From: Candidatus Hydrogenedens sp.
GTDB taxonomy: Bacteria; Hydrogenedentota; Hydrogenedentia; Hydrogenedentales; Hydrogenedentaceae
Length of the DNA stretch: 64,000 bases
Assembly (NCBI GenBank): GCA_049968235.1
Contig: JBMFRC010000007.1
Span: 96,001 to 160,000, forward strand
Direction: 5' to 3'
Part shown: positions 50,091 through 59,894 of the stretch, piece by piece
How positions within the stretch are numbered: position 1 is the stretch's first letter
Layout: every line of letters starts with the position of its first letter
Notes under the pieces: generated by a model
What the model was told of the DNA's origin: nothing
What the model saw: only the letters and a program-made list of their open reading frames with translations
Databases searched by the model: none
Made by a program: the position numbers and the translations under genes

Positions 50091-51494
50091 ATGGAAGATA
50101 CTACAACGAAAAGAACCGTCCTTTTTATTTCTGTTTTGAGTTCATTTCTCACGCCATTCATGGGTTCAGCAGTAAACATAGCACTACCCTCTATCGGCAA
50201 AGAACTTTCTATCAGTGAGGTTATGTTAAATTGGATTACTACATCCTATATCCTTACATCTGCAATATGCCTAGTGTCTTTTGGAGTTATAGCGGATTCA
50301 TACGGCAGAAAAAAGGTTTTCCTCTATGGAATTATCCTATTTACCCTTTCCTCTCTTCTTTGTTCCATTTCTTCATCCATTCTCACTTTGCTCCTGTATA
50401 GAATTTTACAGGGTATTAGTGGAGCCATGATAATGTCCACAGGTATGTCAATTTTAATCTCCGTATTTCCTCCCGGTGAACGTGGCAAAGTTATAGGTAT
50501 AAGCACTTCCGCAGTTTATCTGGGTCTATCCCTTAGTCCATTTCTCGGGGGTATCCTAACACAATATACCGGTTGGCAAAGTGTTTTCCTCACCATCGTC
50601 CCTATTGGAATAATAACCACTACTCTCATTATGTGGAAACTAAAAGGTGAATGGAAACAACCCAGAAATGGTAAAATAGATGTATTCGGTTTTCTTACAT
50701 ATCCCCTATCTTTAATTTCCTTAATGTATGGGATATCCATCCTACCTCAACCTTTAGCATGGTGGCTCATCACAGCAGGCTTTTTATGTCTATGCATATT
50801 CATACTATGGGAGAAACAACATAAAAATCCACTCATTGATATAAATATTTTTCAAAACAATACCGTTTTTACTTTTTCCAATATCTCCGGATTAATTAAT
50901 TATAGTGCTACTTTCGGAGTAACCTTTTTACTTGCTTTATATTTACAATACATAAAAGGAATCTCTCCCAAAAATTCGGGAATAATTTTACTGGCACAAA
51001 CTCTAATGATGACCCTATTTTCTCCATTTGCAGGACGAATTTCTGATAAGATTGAACCACAACTTGTGGCATCATCAGGTATGTTTTTAAATTCAATAGC
51101 ACTGTTTATGCTTATTTTTCTCAACGAAAATACTCCTGTATCTTTTGTCCTTGTCTATTTAGCAATATTAGGCATTGGCTTTACTCTTTTTTCATCTCCT
51201 AACACCAATGCAGTGATGAGTTCCATTCCTAAAAGTCTTTATGGTACCGCTTCAGGAATTTTAGGGACCATGCGTCTCACAGGACAAATAACCAGTATGG
51301 GCATCATCATGTTAATCACAACTCTTTATATTGGCAATATACAAATAACTCCCGAACATTACCCTGCTTTTCTAACAAGTATGAAAATTTCCTTCATTGT
51401 CTTTGCTTCTTTGTGTTTCATAGGCAACTTTATCTCTATCGCCCACGGAAAACTGTATAATAACAAAGCAGACATGGTCCCTCGCGTTAAATGA
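50091..51494 (+). CDS. MFS transporter (DHA2/EmrB-like, 14-TMS type)
   Basis: MFS motif 'GVIADSYGRKKVF' between TM2 and TM3. Multiple TM helices. Confidence 0.8.
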   Translation: MEDTTTKRTVLFISVLSSFLTPFMGSAVNIALPSIGKELSISEVMLNWITTSYILTSAICLVSFGVIADSYGRKKVFLYGIILFTLSSLLCSISSSILTLLLYRILQGISGAMIMSTGMSILISVFPPGERGKVIGISTSAVYLGLSLSPFLGGILTQYTGWQSVFLTIVPIGIITTTLIMWKLKGEWKQPRNGKIDVFGFLTYPLSLISLMYGISILPQPLAWWLITAGFLCLCIFILWEKQHKNPLIDINIFQNNTVFTFSNISGLINYSATFGVTFLLALYLQYIKGISPKNSGIILLAQTLMMTLFSPFAGRISDKIEPQLVASSGMFLNSIALFMLIFLNENTPVSFVLVYLAILGIGFTLFSSPNTNAVMSSIPKSLYGTASGILGTMRLTGQITSMGIIMLITTLYIGNIQITPEHYPAFLTSMKISFIVFASLCFIGNFISIAHGKLYNNKADMVPRVK

Positions 51495-51526
51495 ATTCTT
51501 ATACAAACCTCTGTTTATATCTTCGC

Positions 51527-53941
51527 TTATTTTTCGATTTCTCGCATTTGCTTTATGATTCCTTTCGGAAGTGGCAACACATTATCCCTCCCTTTGACTT
51601 CAGAAGTTGTACGTAATTTAATAACCATAGGTTGAGATGTATAAATTATCTTACCGAAAATTAATTCTCGGTCAGGGTCGTAATAAAAATTCACGGACTT
51701 ATCATTAGTAGTAACTTCAACCACAGTTTTTGCTCCTTTCCCAAAAATAACCCAATCCTCCAAACCCAATGGAGCATCTAATTTCACCGTTAATGTGTTC
51801 AATTCATTATTCCATACCTCGCATAATCGTTTTCCTCCCCAGAGATGATATGGCAATTCTTCTAACACAGCCCTTAAATAGAATACCTTCATTTGATACG
51901 GTTCTAACGGAACCTCGATAAAAATTTCAGGTACCTGCTGTTTTGTAACCTTAACCGCATCACATTGTTGAATATCATAAGAAATATACTTTTTATCTCC
52001 TACTACATAATCCGTTAAATTTGTTACTCCACATTTTTGCTTATCATCTGTTCTATTAGCAACAACGACAAGATAATCATCCCAAACCCTGTTATGATAT
52101 AGTACCGCATAAGTTCCAGATACAGATGTTTTCAATTCCGACCATGCTTCTGTCTCATACATGCCAAAATAATACTGCATTAGGTTATACATTCTAATAT
52201 ACTTGACCTCATTCGGAAATACTCCCTCTGCGTATGGAAATTTTTCAGGCAAAAGTCGCCAATCGGTAGAACAATATTGTCCCCCTCCCGTGAGCAGGTC
52301 AAAGGTATATGCGGATTCCACCGGACACCGTTCCCTTTCATCATCACCTGCATATAGACAACCCTGTCCATACATATTTGCAAACGACCCAAAAGTTGTT
52401 CGAAATTCTTCTACAGTTGAAAAATCATAACCCTCACCAAAAAGATGAACATCAAAAGGTGCAATAATCGGTAAAACAAAAGCCTTACTACAATGCTCAA
52501 TTAATACCACATGTGGAATTTTTTCTTTTAATGTCTCTCTCCGACGCCAATTAACATCATGTAGCTCAATTAAACAATCATATACCTCCTGCGGATGATT
52601 ATGTTCCTTCCACCGTTTGCAGTTTGAATAGGCTAAATTATCATCGATATACATCCCATCCACAGGGTATCGTTCCATCATTCGACGATTACATTGCATT
52701 CGATAATCTGCTAATCCATTGGGAGAAGCAAGACAGGTCGCAACAAGGTCACAAAACGGGTCCATCGTTGCCGTATACCGACCCCCATAATTAAAACCTT
52801 CCCATTCCACCCATTTACCCTCATTCATTCGCTTCACCACCTCCGACGCATGGGCATATTGCAGGTCCGCATTAGCAGTCCAGATAAATAGCATACCCGC
52901 GTCATGCACAGTTTTAATAACCCGGTCCAGTTCTTCCGCAGGTGGACGAGGTTCTCCGGGCGGGCCCAAACGATGCATTTGAAATAATGTATAACCCAAT
53001 CGAGCAACCCTCCATATTTCCTCATCCGTTGGATAGGGATACTTTTCATCTCCAATCCAGATAAACATACGTAAATCATGCCGACGCGGATGAGGTAAAC
53101 GATTCGGTGCTACTGCCAGACCTATACAAAAAGTAAACGGTTTACTTGCTTTAAGAACATAAGGTTCTCCTTTCTCTCCAACATGAACAATATGCTGATG
53201 TATATTTACAAAACTGTCATTGCCTTGAATAGAATCTACACGCACGGCTCCTGTGTCCAGTTCCTGTGGTGAACGATAATAATCTCCCATATCTGTAAAC
53301 ATAGCTAACGCAGATTTATTACTATATACCTCCAGACACGAAGTCGGGGTATATACCCGTGCCGTCTCCCCTATCTTTGGTATTTCTCCTTGATAACAAT
53401 CAAAACCATAAGTATCTCTACGCTTGTGTAAGTAATGTGAGAACTGACCGCGTGCACTTAACTCCTGCCGTATCCCTTGGATTAACAATCTATCCGTTTC
53501 TGGCGTCAATGTAACTTGCGAGACAAATACACCATCATTATAAAAAGTACTCCTTATAATACAGGAAATATCCAAACCCCATTTACCCTCCGTTTGAAGC
53601 ACAATCTGATTCTTTCCTTTAACCTCAACTATTGTCTTTCCTCTCATATTCTTAACAAGGTTTTCATCATCTATCAAAATATTCAATGGCTCTGTCATTT
53701 TCACCACAATAATCCCTTCACGCACTACCTCAATATCCGTTATAGCACCCGTATCCTTGTTTACGGTATAACGGAAAGTTGGTCCATGAACAGTAATATT
53801 ACTCTCCGTTTCCTCACAAACCAAATCCTCCGATGGTAATGGCTCCCTTAACACTTCCTTAATCGTCTTACTCATAGTCTCTGTAAAACCGTAAAAAGAC
53901 ATAAAAAATAGAACAAATAAAATAATCCTTTTCATACACAC
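51527..53941 (-). CDS. large secreted hypothetical protein (804 aa)
   Basis: Signal peptide; no recognised family. Confidence 0.45.
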   Translation of the reverse strand: MCMKRIILFVLFFMSFYGFTETMSKTIKEVLREPLPSEDLVCEETESNITVHGPTFRYTVNKDTGAITDIEVVREGIIVVKMTEPLNILIDDENLVKNMRGKTIVEVKGKNQIVLQTEGKWGLDISCIIRSTFYNDGVFVSQVTLTPETDRLLIQGIRQELSARGQFSHYLHKRRDTYGFDCYQGEIPKIGETARVYTPTSCLEVYSNKSALAMFTDMGDYYRSPQELDTGAVRVDSIQGNDSFVNIHQHIVHVGEKGEPYVLKASKPFTFCIGLAVAPNRLPHPRRHDLRMFIWIGDEKYPYPTDEEIWRVARLGYTLFQMHRLGPPGEPRPPAEELDRVIKTVHDAGMLFIWTANADLQYAHASEVVKRMNEGKWVEWEGFNYGGRYTATMDPFCDLVATCLASPNGLADYRMQCNRRMMERYPVDGMYIDDNLAYSNCKRWKEHNHPQEVYDCLIELHDVNWRRRETLKEKIPHVVLIEHCSKAFVLPIIAPFDVHLFGEGYDFSTVEEFRTTFGSFANMYGQGCLYAGDDERERCPVESAYTFDLLTGGGQYCSTDWRLLPEKFPYAEGVFPNEVKYIRMYNLMQYYFGMYETEAWSELKTSVSGTYAVLYHNRVWDDYLVVVANRTDDKQKCGVTNLTDYVVGDKKYISYDIQQCDAVKVTKQQVPEIFIEVPLEPYQMKVFYLRAVLEELPYHLWGGKRLCEVWNNELNTLTVKLDAPLGLEDWVIFGKGAKTVVEVTTNDKSVNFYYDPDRELIFGKIIYTSQPMVIKLRTTSEVKGRDNVLPLPKGIIKQMREIEK

Positions 53942-54078
53942 TTCCTCTTCCTTATATAGATTTTAAACATTTCACTAATCATACAAAGAAATTTACACAA
54001 AAAAAAACAATTTTCAGGACTTCTTTCCTGATAACTTGAAACTATACAAAGGTATTTTTATATAATATTTAACACGGT

Positions 54079-54154
54079 TGCCGGATCGCCTAATTGGTAG
54101 GGCACCTGACTCTGGATCAGGCTTGTCTAGGTTCGAGTCCTAGTCCGGCAGCCA
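54079..54154 (+). tRNA. tRNA-Gln (anticodon CUG)
   Basis: Cloverleaf with U1:A72, acceptor UGCCGGA/UCCGGCA, anticodon loop CUCUGGA, T-loop GGUUCGAGUCC and CCA. Confidence 0.85.
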
Positions 54155-54254
54155 TTTTTTTACCCAAAATTAGTCAAAACTTCGTAGAAACTTCTCACAA
54201 AAGTTTGTCTAAAGTAAAAAGGTTTTGCTAAAATATTTTTTTCTGCAATGAAGT

Positions 54255-54330
54255 GGCCCCTTCATCTAGCGGTTCAGGATGCAGGATTCTCAGTCCTGTC
54301 ACACGGGTTCGAATCCCGTAGGGGCTGCCA
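54255..54330 (+). tRNA. tRNA-Glu (anticodon CUC)
   Basis: 'GGCCCCUUCAUCUAGCGGUUCAGGA...' resembles tRNA-Glu. Anticodon stem CAGGA/UCCUG with loop UUCUCAG, T-arm ACGGGUUCGAAUCCCGU, and CCA. Confidence 0.85.
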
Positions 54331-54362
54331 ATTATTTAAATGTTCCAAAAAGTTTATTTCTA

Positions 54363-54683
54363 ATGCACATTCGTTTACTACTATTTAAGGGCTGTCCTTC
54401 CGGACGGAAAGCGGAAGAGGTATTAAAACAGGTATTAACCGAAGAAAATATCTCTGCTCCCATTGAAATTATCGATGTTCCGGACATAGATACCGCCATT
54501 CGTGAACATTTTTTAGGTTCCCCAACTATACAAATAAACGGATTGGATATTGAACCTTCACGACAAAATGACCCACCTTGCCACGGTTGCCGATTATATC
54601 GTACTCCAGAAGGGACCAGCGGCATTCCACCAAAAGAACTTATTCGTTCTGCTCTTCACCGTGCTTTACAAAACGAAATATAG
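54363..54683 (+). CDS. small thioredoxin-fold protein (CPSG active-site region)
   Basis: 'LLLFKGCPSGRKAEEVL...GSPTIQINGLDIEP' resembles small redox-active thioredoxin-family proteins. The start was moved to the ATG downstream of tRNA-Glu. Confidence 0.4.
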   Translation: MHIRLLLFKGCPSGRKAEEVLKQVLTEENISAPIEIIDVPDIDTAIREHFLGSPTIQINGLDIEPSRQNDPPCHGCRLYRTPEGTSGIPPKELIRSALHRALQNEI

Positions 54684-55045
54684 TTCTTGAGAAACTGGAT
54701 TCCGTCACTGCTTATTTTAAAACCTCTTAGTTTAAGGATATAGCAACAGTTTGTATATAGTACTTATATCCTATCAACAAAGATGGTAACTATAATCCAC
54801 CCTCCTTTCCCTCTTCAAGACATATCTACCTACTATAATTCCGGGTTGTGTTTGTAATATCACTACTTTACACTTTCCTCGGTTATTTTCACACTACCTT
54901 ATATAATATAATTTGCTATGCAACATCAGAGACAAAATCTTAATCCATTTCTCTTTTTTAGATTGTATTTGATAGATGATACATACATTGCCAATAATGC
55001 TAACACATTAATACATAACCATATAGTCTTCTGTAAGGTTTTTTT

Positions 55046-55978
55046 ATGTTTGTATTTAAAATATTTTCTCGTTTAATGGTTTTCTGGGTAATTCTTGCAG
55101 GAATAATAGGTTATTTTTATCCACCCGCACTGACTATTTTTAATCCATACAAAGATTGGTTTTTCATGATTACAATGGCAGGAATTGGGGTCGTGTTAAA
55201 AATTGAAGATTTCATTCCCGTAGTAAAACGTCCTCACTGGGTATTGTTAGGAACAATTGCCCAATTTGTAATTATGCCGTTGTTGGGATTTTTAATTGCC
55301 AGGGGGCTACAATTACCCGCCAACTTAGCAATTGGTGTGATATTGGTCGGTTCTACACCCGGAGCAATGGCTTCTAATGTAATTTCCTACATGGCAGGGG
55401 CAGATGTTGCATATTCAGTCGCATTAACCAGTACAAGCACTTTATTATCCCCTATCCTCACACCCCTATGCACCTATATTTTTGGGAGTGTTTATATTTC
55501 AGTACCATTCTGGGGAATGTTCATGAGCGTTATAAAAATGGTCATCATTCCACTCATGGTCGGTTTTGCCATTCGTTATCTACTAAAAGAACGGATTAAC
55601 CGAATTATTGATATATTCCCCGCACTATCATCCCTTTGTATTGCCTTTATTTGCGGATTAGTCGTAGCACTCAATGCAGATAAATTTAGTCAGGTGTCTT
55701 CACTAATTTTTTCTGCAGTAGTCCTCCACAATTTTTTAGGTTTAATTTTAGGATATGGTGCCGGGGTATTATACCGTTTCGATGAAAAACGCAGACGAAC
55801 ACTATCCATTGAAGTAGGTATGCAAAATGCAGGATTAGGCGCGGTATTAGCCTTAAACCACTTTTCCTCAGAGAGTGCCCTTCCCAATGCACTATTCGCA
55901 ACATGGTGCATCATAACAGCATCCATATTAGCCGAACTATGGCAATGGAAAAACAGAAAAAAAATACACCTGAACTAA
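55046..55978 (+). CDS. bile acid:sodium symporter (BASS/SBF)-family transporter
   Basis: About 9-10 TM helices. 'GVILVGSTPGAMASNVISYMAGADVAYSVALTSTSTLLSPILTP' crossover motif. Confidence 0.75.
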   Translation: MFVFKIFSRLMVFWVILAGIIGYFYPPALTIFNPYKDWFFMITMAGIGVVLKIEDFIPVVKRPHWVLLGTIAQFVIMPLLGFLIARGLQLPANLAIGVILVGSTPGAMASNVISYMAGADVAYSVALTSTSTLLSPILTPLCTYIFGSVYISVPFWGMFMSVIKMVIIPLMVGFAIRYLLKERINRIIDIFPALSSLCIAFICGLVVALNADKFSQVSSLIFSAVVLHNFLGLILGYGAGVLYRFDEKRRRTLSIEVGMQNAGLGAVLALNHFSSESALPNALFATWCIITASILAELWQWKNRKKIHLN

Positions 55979-56215
55979 ATCTTCACATAATTACTGTCCC
56001 ACCACTGCCCCCCCACTTGTATGGAACGAAGGTAAGTTATTAATTATTGAAGTTTGGCGTCTTTTACCATCATTTAATAATCATAGCAAAAATTATAGTA
56101 ATATAAAGTAATCTGTCACTCCTTATAAAAGTATCCGGAATGGAAGTTAAAATTTTTACTTACTTTTCTCTATGCTACAATAGGAACGGTTAAAAACTTT
56201 TAAGGAGAATTAGGT

Positions 56216-58444
56216 ATGCGAAAAATTTTCTTATTAACGCTTCTTTTTGTTTGTAGTTCTCTTTTCTGTCAGGCACAGCCTGCAAATTATCCCGACTGCT
56301 ATGATGAGGTATGGGATACGCCAGGTCAGAATTCATCTGATTCAATGCCTATTGGTAATGGAGACATAGGAGCAAATGTTTGGACTGAGGAGAATGGCGA
56401 TATTGTCGCACTCATCAGTAAAACTGACGCATGGGATGATAACGGTCAGTTGTTAAAATTGGCTCGTGTCCGTTTCAAGATAACCCCATCCCTTACGGGG
56501 ACAAATGCAAATTTCTCTCAACGATTACATCTACAACATGGCACGATTAAAATACAGGGGAATGCTGGAAAAACAATGGCAATATTTCGTGTAGATGCAA
56601 ATATGCCCGTGGCGGTTTTGAATGTGGAAAGTAAAGAAAATGTGGATTTACAGGTAATATTAGAAGTCTGGCGGACAACACCCCGCAATTATACTGAGGA
56701 TGAAGTCAATCAGAGCAGTTTAATCCAGAAAATTGAAGAAGGTGTGGTGTATCCGGATGTTGTGTTGGATAATCCACCTTTTTCAGGGCTATTGGTATAT
56801 CATCAAAATAATCATTCTATCTGGGGTTACTCAATGGATTTGCAGGGCTTCGCTGAGTATAAAAATAAATTTACTGACCCCCTATTAAACCGAATCTTTG
56901 GTTGTGCGATTTGGTCAAATGATTTAAAAAAGGCAGATACCTTTACCTTAGAAGGTAAAGGTAAGAAAAATTACACGGTATATATTTTAGGGAAGACCTT
57001 GCATCCCTCAACCCCTGATGAGTGGTTGAATACCGTAGTAAAAGAGCGGGAAAAGGTGCTAAATGTCGTAGAGGATAAAGCATTTGAGCAGCATAAAAAC
57101 TGGTGGCGAAACTTCTGGCAGAGAAGTTGGATTGTCGCAAGTGGTGATAAGGATGCGGAGTGGATTAGCAAAGTATATGCCTTACAACGCTGGGTAACTG
57201 CATGCGGAAGTAGAGGTGCATATCCGGTTAAATTTAATGGTTCCATCTTTACTGTGGAATGGCGAGAAGGTAATGAACTTAAGTCGGACCCGGACTATCG
57301 TCGTTGGGGAGGTGGCTACTGGTGGCAAAATACAAGATTGCCTTACTGGCCTTTGTTATCTTCCGGTGATTTTGATTTAATGAAGCCTGTATTCGATTTG
57401 TATATGAGTATAATGGAAATCAGTAAACTGCGTAGCAAAGTCTATTGGGGGTGTGAAGGTATTTATATGCCAGAAACTATATATCCCTGGGGGCTATTAC
57501 GCAATCGCGATTATGGATTTGACCGAACCGGTTTGAAAGTAGGCGAAATTACCAATCCATATATCCGCTGGATTTGGGCAAGTGGACTGGAATTAACTTT
57601 GATGATGTTGGACTACTATGATTTCACAAAGGATGACGTATTTCTAAAAGAAACCTTGCTACCCTATGCCCGTGAGATTATCCGATTTTTTGAAACCCGT
57701 TTTCCTAAAAATGAAACCGGAATGCTCATTATACATCCGGCGCAAGCAGTAGAAACTTATCAGGAAGGTGTAACCGATGATACGCCCACTGTTTCTGGCT
57801 TGCATGCAGTTCTACCACGATTAATGGCACTGAACACTACCGAAATTACAAATGAAGAAAAATCCCGTTGGGAACAATTATTAAAGTCTGTAGTGCCTGT
57901 ACCGATTAAAGATGGTCGAATTCAGCCAGCACGCATATTTAACTCCAAACGCGGGAATGTAGAAAACCCCGAATTATATGCCGTGTTCCCATACCGCATC
58001 TTTGCCACCGGCAAACCCAACATAGACATAGCGATTGAAAGTTTCCAGAAAAGGTATGCAAAAGACTATCACGGCTGGCAACAGGATGCAATTCAGGCAA
58101 GTTTCTTAGGACTAACAGATGAAACAAAAAAAATGTTAATTACAAATGCCTATCGTAAACACGAAGGTTCGCGTTTCCCCGCATTTTGGGGACCGAACTA
58201 CGATTGGATACCCGACCAATGCCACGGTGGAAACATTATGAGCACATTACAATTCATGCTATTGCAATGGGACAAAGATAACATTTATCTATTCCCCGCA
58301 TGGGATAAAAACTGGAATGTAGACTTTAAACTCTATGCCCCCTATAACACCTCTATTCGTTGTATCTTACAGAAGGGGCAAATCCAAATTATAGATGTAA
58401 CTCCACAGGAAAGAAAAAATAATATAACAATGTATCTGCAATAA
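56216..58444 (+). CDS. secreted hypothetical protein, possible glycoside hydrolase (six-hairpin-like)
   Basis: Signal peptide. 'PIGNGDIGANVW' N-terminal pattern is reminiscent of GH95-type enzymes. Weak. Confidence 0.4.
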   Translation: MRKIFLLTLLFVCSSLFCQAQPANYPDCYDEVWDTPGQNSSDSMPIGNGDIGANVWTEENGDIVALISKTDAWDDNGQLLKLARVRFKITPSLTGTNANFSQRLHLQHGTIKIQGNAGKTMAIFRVDANMPVAVLNVESKENVDLQVILEVWRTTPRNYTEDEVNQSSLIQKIEEGVVYPDVVLDNPPFSGLLVYHQNNHSIWGYSMDLQGFAEYKNKFTDPLLNRIFGCAIWSNDLKKADTFTLEGKGKKNYTVYILGKTLHPSTPDEWLNTVVKEREKVLNVVEDKAFEQHKNWWRNFWQRSWIVASGDKDAEWISKVYALQRWVTACGSRGAYPVKFNGSIFTVEWREGNELKSDPDYRRWGGGYWWQNTRLPYWPLLSSGDFDLMKPVFDLYMSIMEISKLRSKVYWGCEGIYMPETIYPWGLLRNRDYGFDRTGLKVGEITNPYIRWIWASGLELTLMMLDYYDFTKDDVFLKETLLPYAREIIRFFETRFPKNETGMLIIHPAQAVETYQEGVTDDTPTVSGLHAVLPRLMALNTTEITNEEKSRWEQLLKSVVPVPIKDGRIQPARIFNSKRGNVENPELYAVFPYRIFATGKPNIDIAIESFQKRYAKDYHGWQQDAIQASFLGLTDETKKMLITNAYRKHEGSRFPAFWGPNYDWIPDQCHGGNIMSTLQFMLLQWDKDNIYLFPAWDKNWNVDFKLYAPYNTSIRCILQKGQIQIIDVTPQERKNNITMYLQ

Positions 58445-58506
58445 AGAAACCTTTTGCCTTTGTGTTAGTCAAAAGAAAAAAATAACGAACACAAGGACAA
58501 AATGAT

Positions 58507-59517
58507 ATGAATTTCAAAATCATTTTGTGGGGATTATTATCTATTTTCCCCATAATACTTTTTGCCGATGAAAATACTCTCCCTAAAATGAATCAAATAC
58601 AGGTTATTGGAACACACAACAGTTATCATAAACGCCCTCAATATCTTTACTGGGCAAAAGAATATGCGAAACAAACAGAAGACTGGGATTATGAACATCT
58701 ACCTTTAGATATGCAATTAGAAAATGGTGTCCGTAGTTTTGAGTTAGATATTCACAATACACCTGAAGGTTGGAAAGTAATGCATGTGCCTAAGTTCGAC
58801 GATACAAGTACATGCCCAAATTTACAGGAATGTCTGAGAGTTATCCGTGAATGGTCAGACAAAAACCAAAAACATGTGCCTATTAGTGTCTTACTTGAAT
58901 GGAAGTCGGAAGGACCTGTTATTGATAAACGCATAACAGTTCCCAAAAAACAAGACGTTGAACGAATTGAAGAGGACATACTTGCGGTATGGGACAAAAC
59001 TAGAATCATCACTCCGGATACTATTCGTGGCGATTTCAAAACACTGGAAGAAGCAATATTAAAAAAAGGTTGGCTTACTCTGGAACAATCCAGAGGAAAA
59101 ATCATGTTTATCCTCCATAACAGAAGAAAATTAAGGGATTTCTATCTGGAAGGGCATCCTAATTTAGAGGGTCGATTAATGTTTGTCAATTCATATCCCG
59201 GTGAACCTTACTCTGCAACCATAATAATTGATAACCCTTTTCATGAAGAAATACCCGTATGGGTTCAAAAAGGATACTTTATTCGTGTTTTCGGTGCTAA
59301 CCCCAAATCGCAGTCTCCCGACAAAATTAGATTAAAAGACGATAAAGCATTTTCATGTGGTGCTCAGGTTATCTCAACAAACAATCCGCCCGGCGAACCT
59401 TACCCCCAAACAGGTTACTTTTTAGTATTCCCCGATGGTTCCACAATTCGCTGGAATCCTATTAATGGTCCCTCAAATATTGATATATCCCCTGAATCAA
59501 AAACCTCCCAAAAATGA
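58507..59517 (+). CDS. secreted PI-PLC X-domain-like phosphodiesterase
   Basis: 'QVIGTHNSYH' catalytic-His motif of phosphatidylinositol-specific phospholipase C X domain. Signal peptide. Confidence 0.6.
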   Translation: MNFKIILWGLLSIFPIILFADENTLPKMNQIQVIGTHNSYHKRPQYLYWAKEYAKQTEDWDYEHLPLDMQLENGVRSFELDIHNTPEGWKVMHVPKFDDTSTCPNLQECLRVIREWSDKNQKHVPISVLLEWKSEGPVIDKRITVPKKQDVERIEEDILAVWDKTRIITPDTIRGDFKTLEEAILKKGWLTLEQSRGKIMFILHNRRKLRDFYLEGHPNLEGRLMFVNSYPGEPYSATIIIDNPFHEEIPVWVQKGYFIRVFGANPKSQSPDKIRLKDDKAFSCGAQVISTNNPPGEPYPQTGYFLVFPDGSTIRWNPINGPSNIDISPESKTSQK

Positions 59518-59780
59518 ATTTCAGAACAACTGATTTAAGTCAATTCTATTCGAAACCTCCAAATAAAGGGAGTTAAAGTATTTTTAAGACAGGTTATACA
59601 TAAGATTATGAGATAAAATCAGATTAATATTTGAAATGAAGGAAGAAAACAATAAGAGGTTTATTTCTTTTCATTTTTTTCTTCACTGCCGTTCTTATTT
59701 CATTTATTATAAGGTCTCATTTAATAAAAAAATGTCTTATGTGTTTAAAAAATTATTTTTTGAAAAAAATTAAAAAAGAC

Positions 59781-59814
59781 TTGACAAATACTTTTTTTTT
59801 TTTTTTGTATAATA
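59781..59814 (+). promoter_or_regulatory. consensus sigma70-like promoter (TTGACA ... TATAAT) with a T16 homopolymer in the spacer
   Basis: TTGACA at 59781-59786. T16 at 59792-59807. TATAAT at 59809-59814. The spacer is 22 nt as sequenced. A GAGGAGG RBS and the ATG at 59895 follow. Confidence 0.55.
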
Positions 59815-59894
59815 AATTTAATGATAATTAAGTAGTAAGAAGTAGTATAAGTGACAATTGAATAATTAAACATCCAAAAGAGGAGGCCAAGGGC

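Noticed and set aside
54279-54362. 5' part of ORF 54279..54683
   Set aside because: It overlaps tRNA-Glu. The start was moved to ATG 54363.
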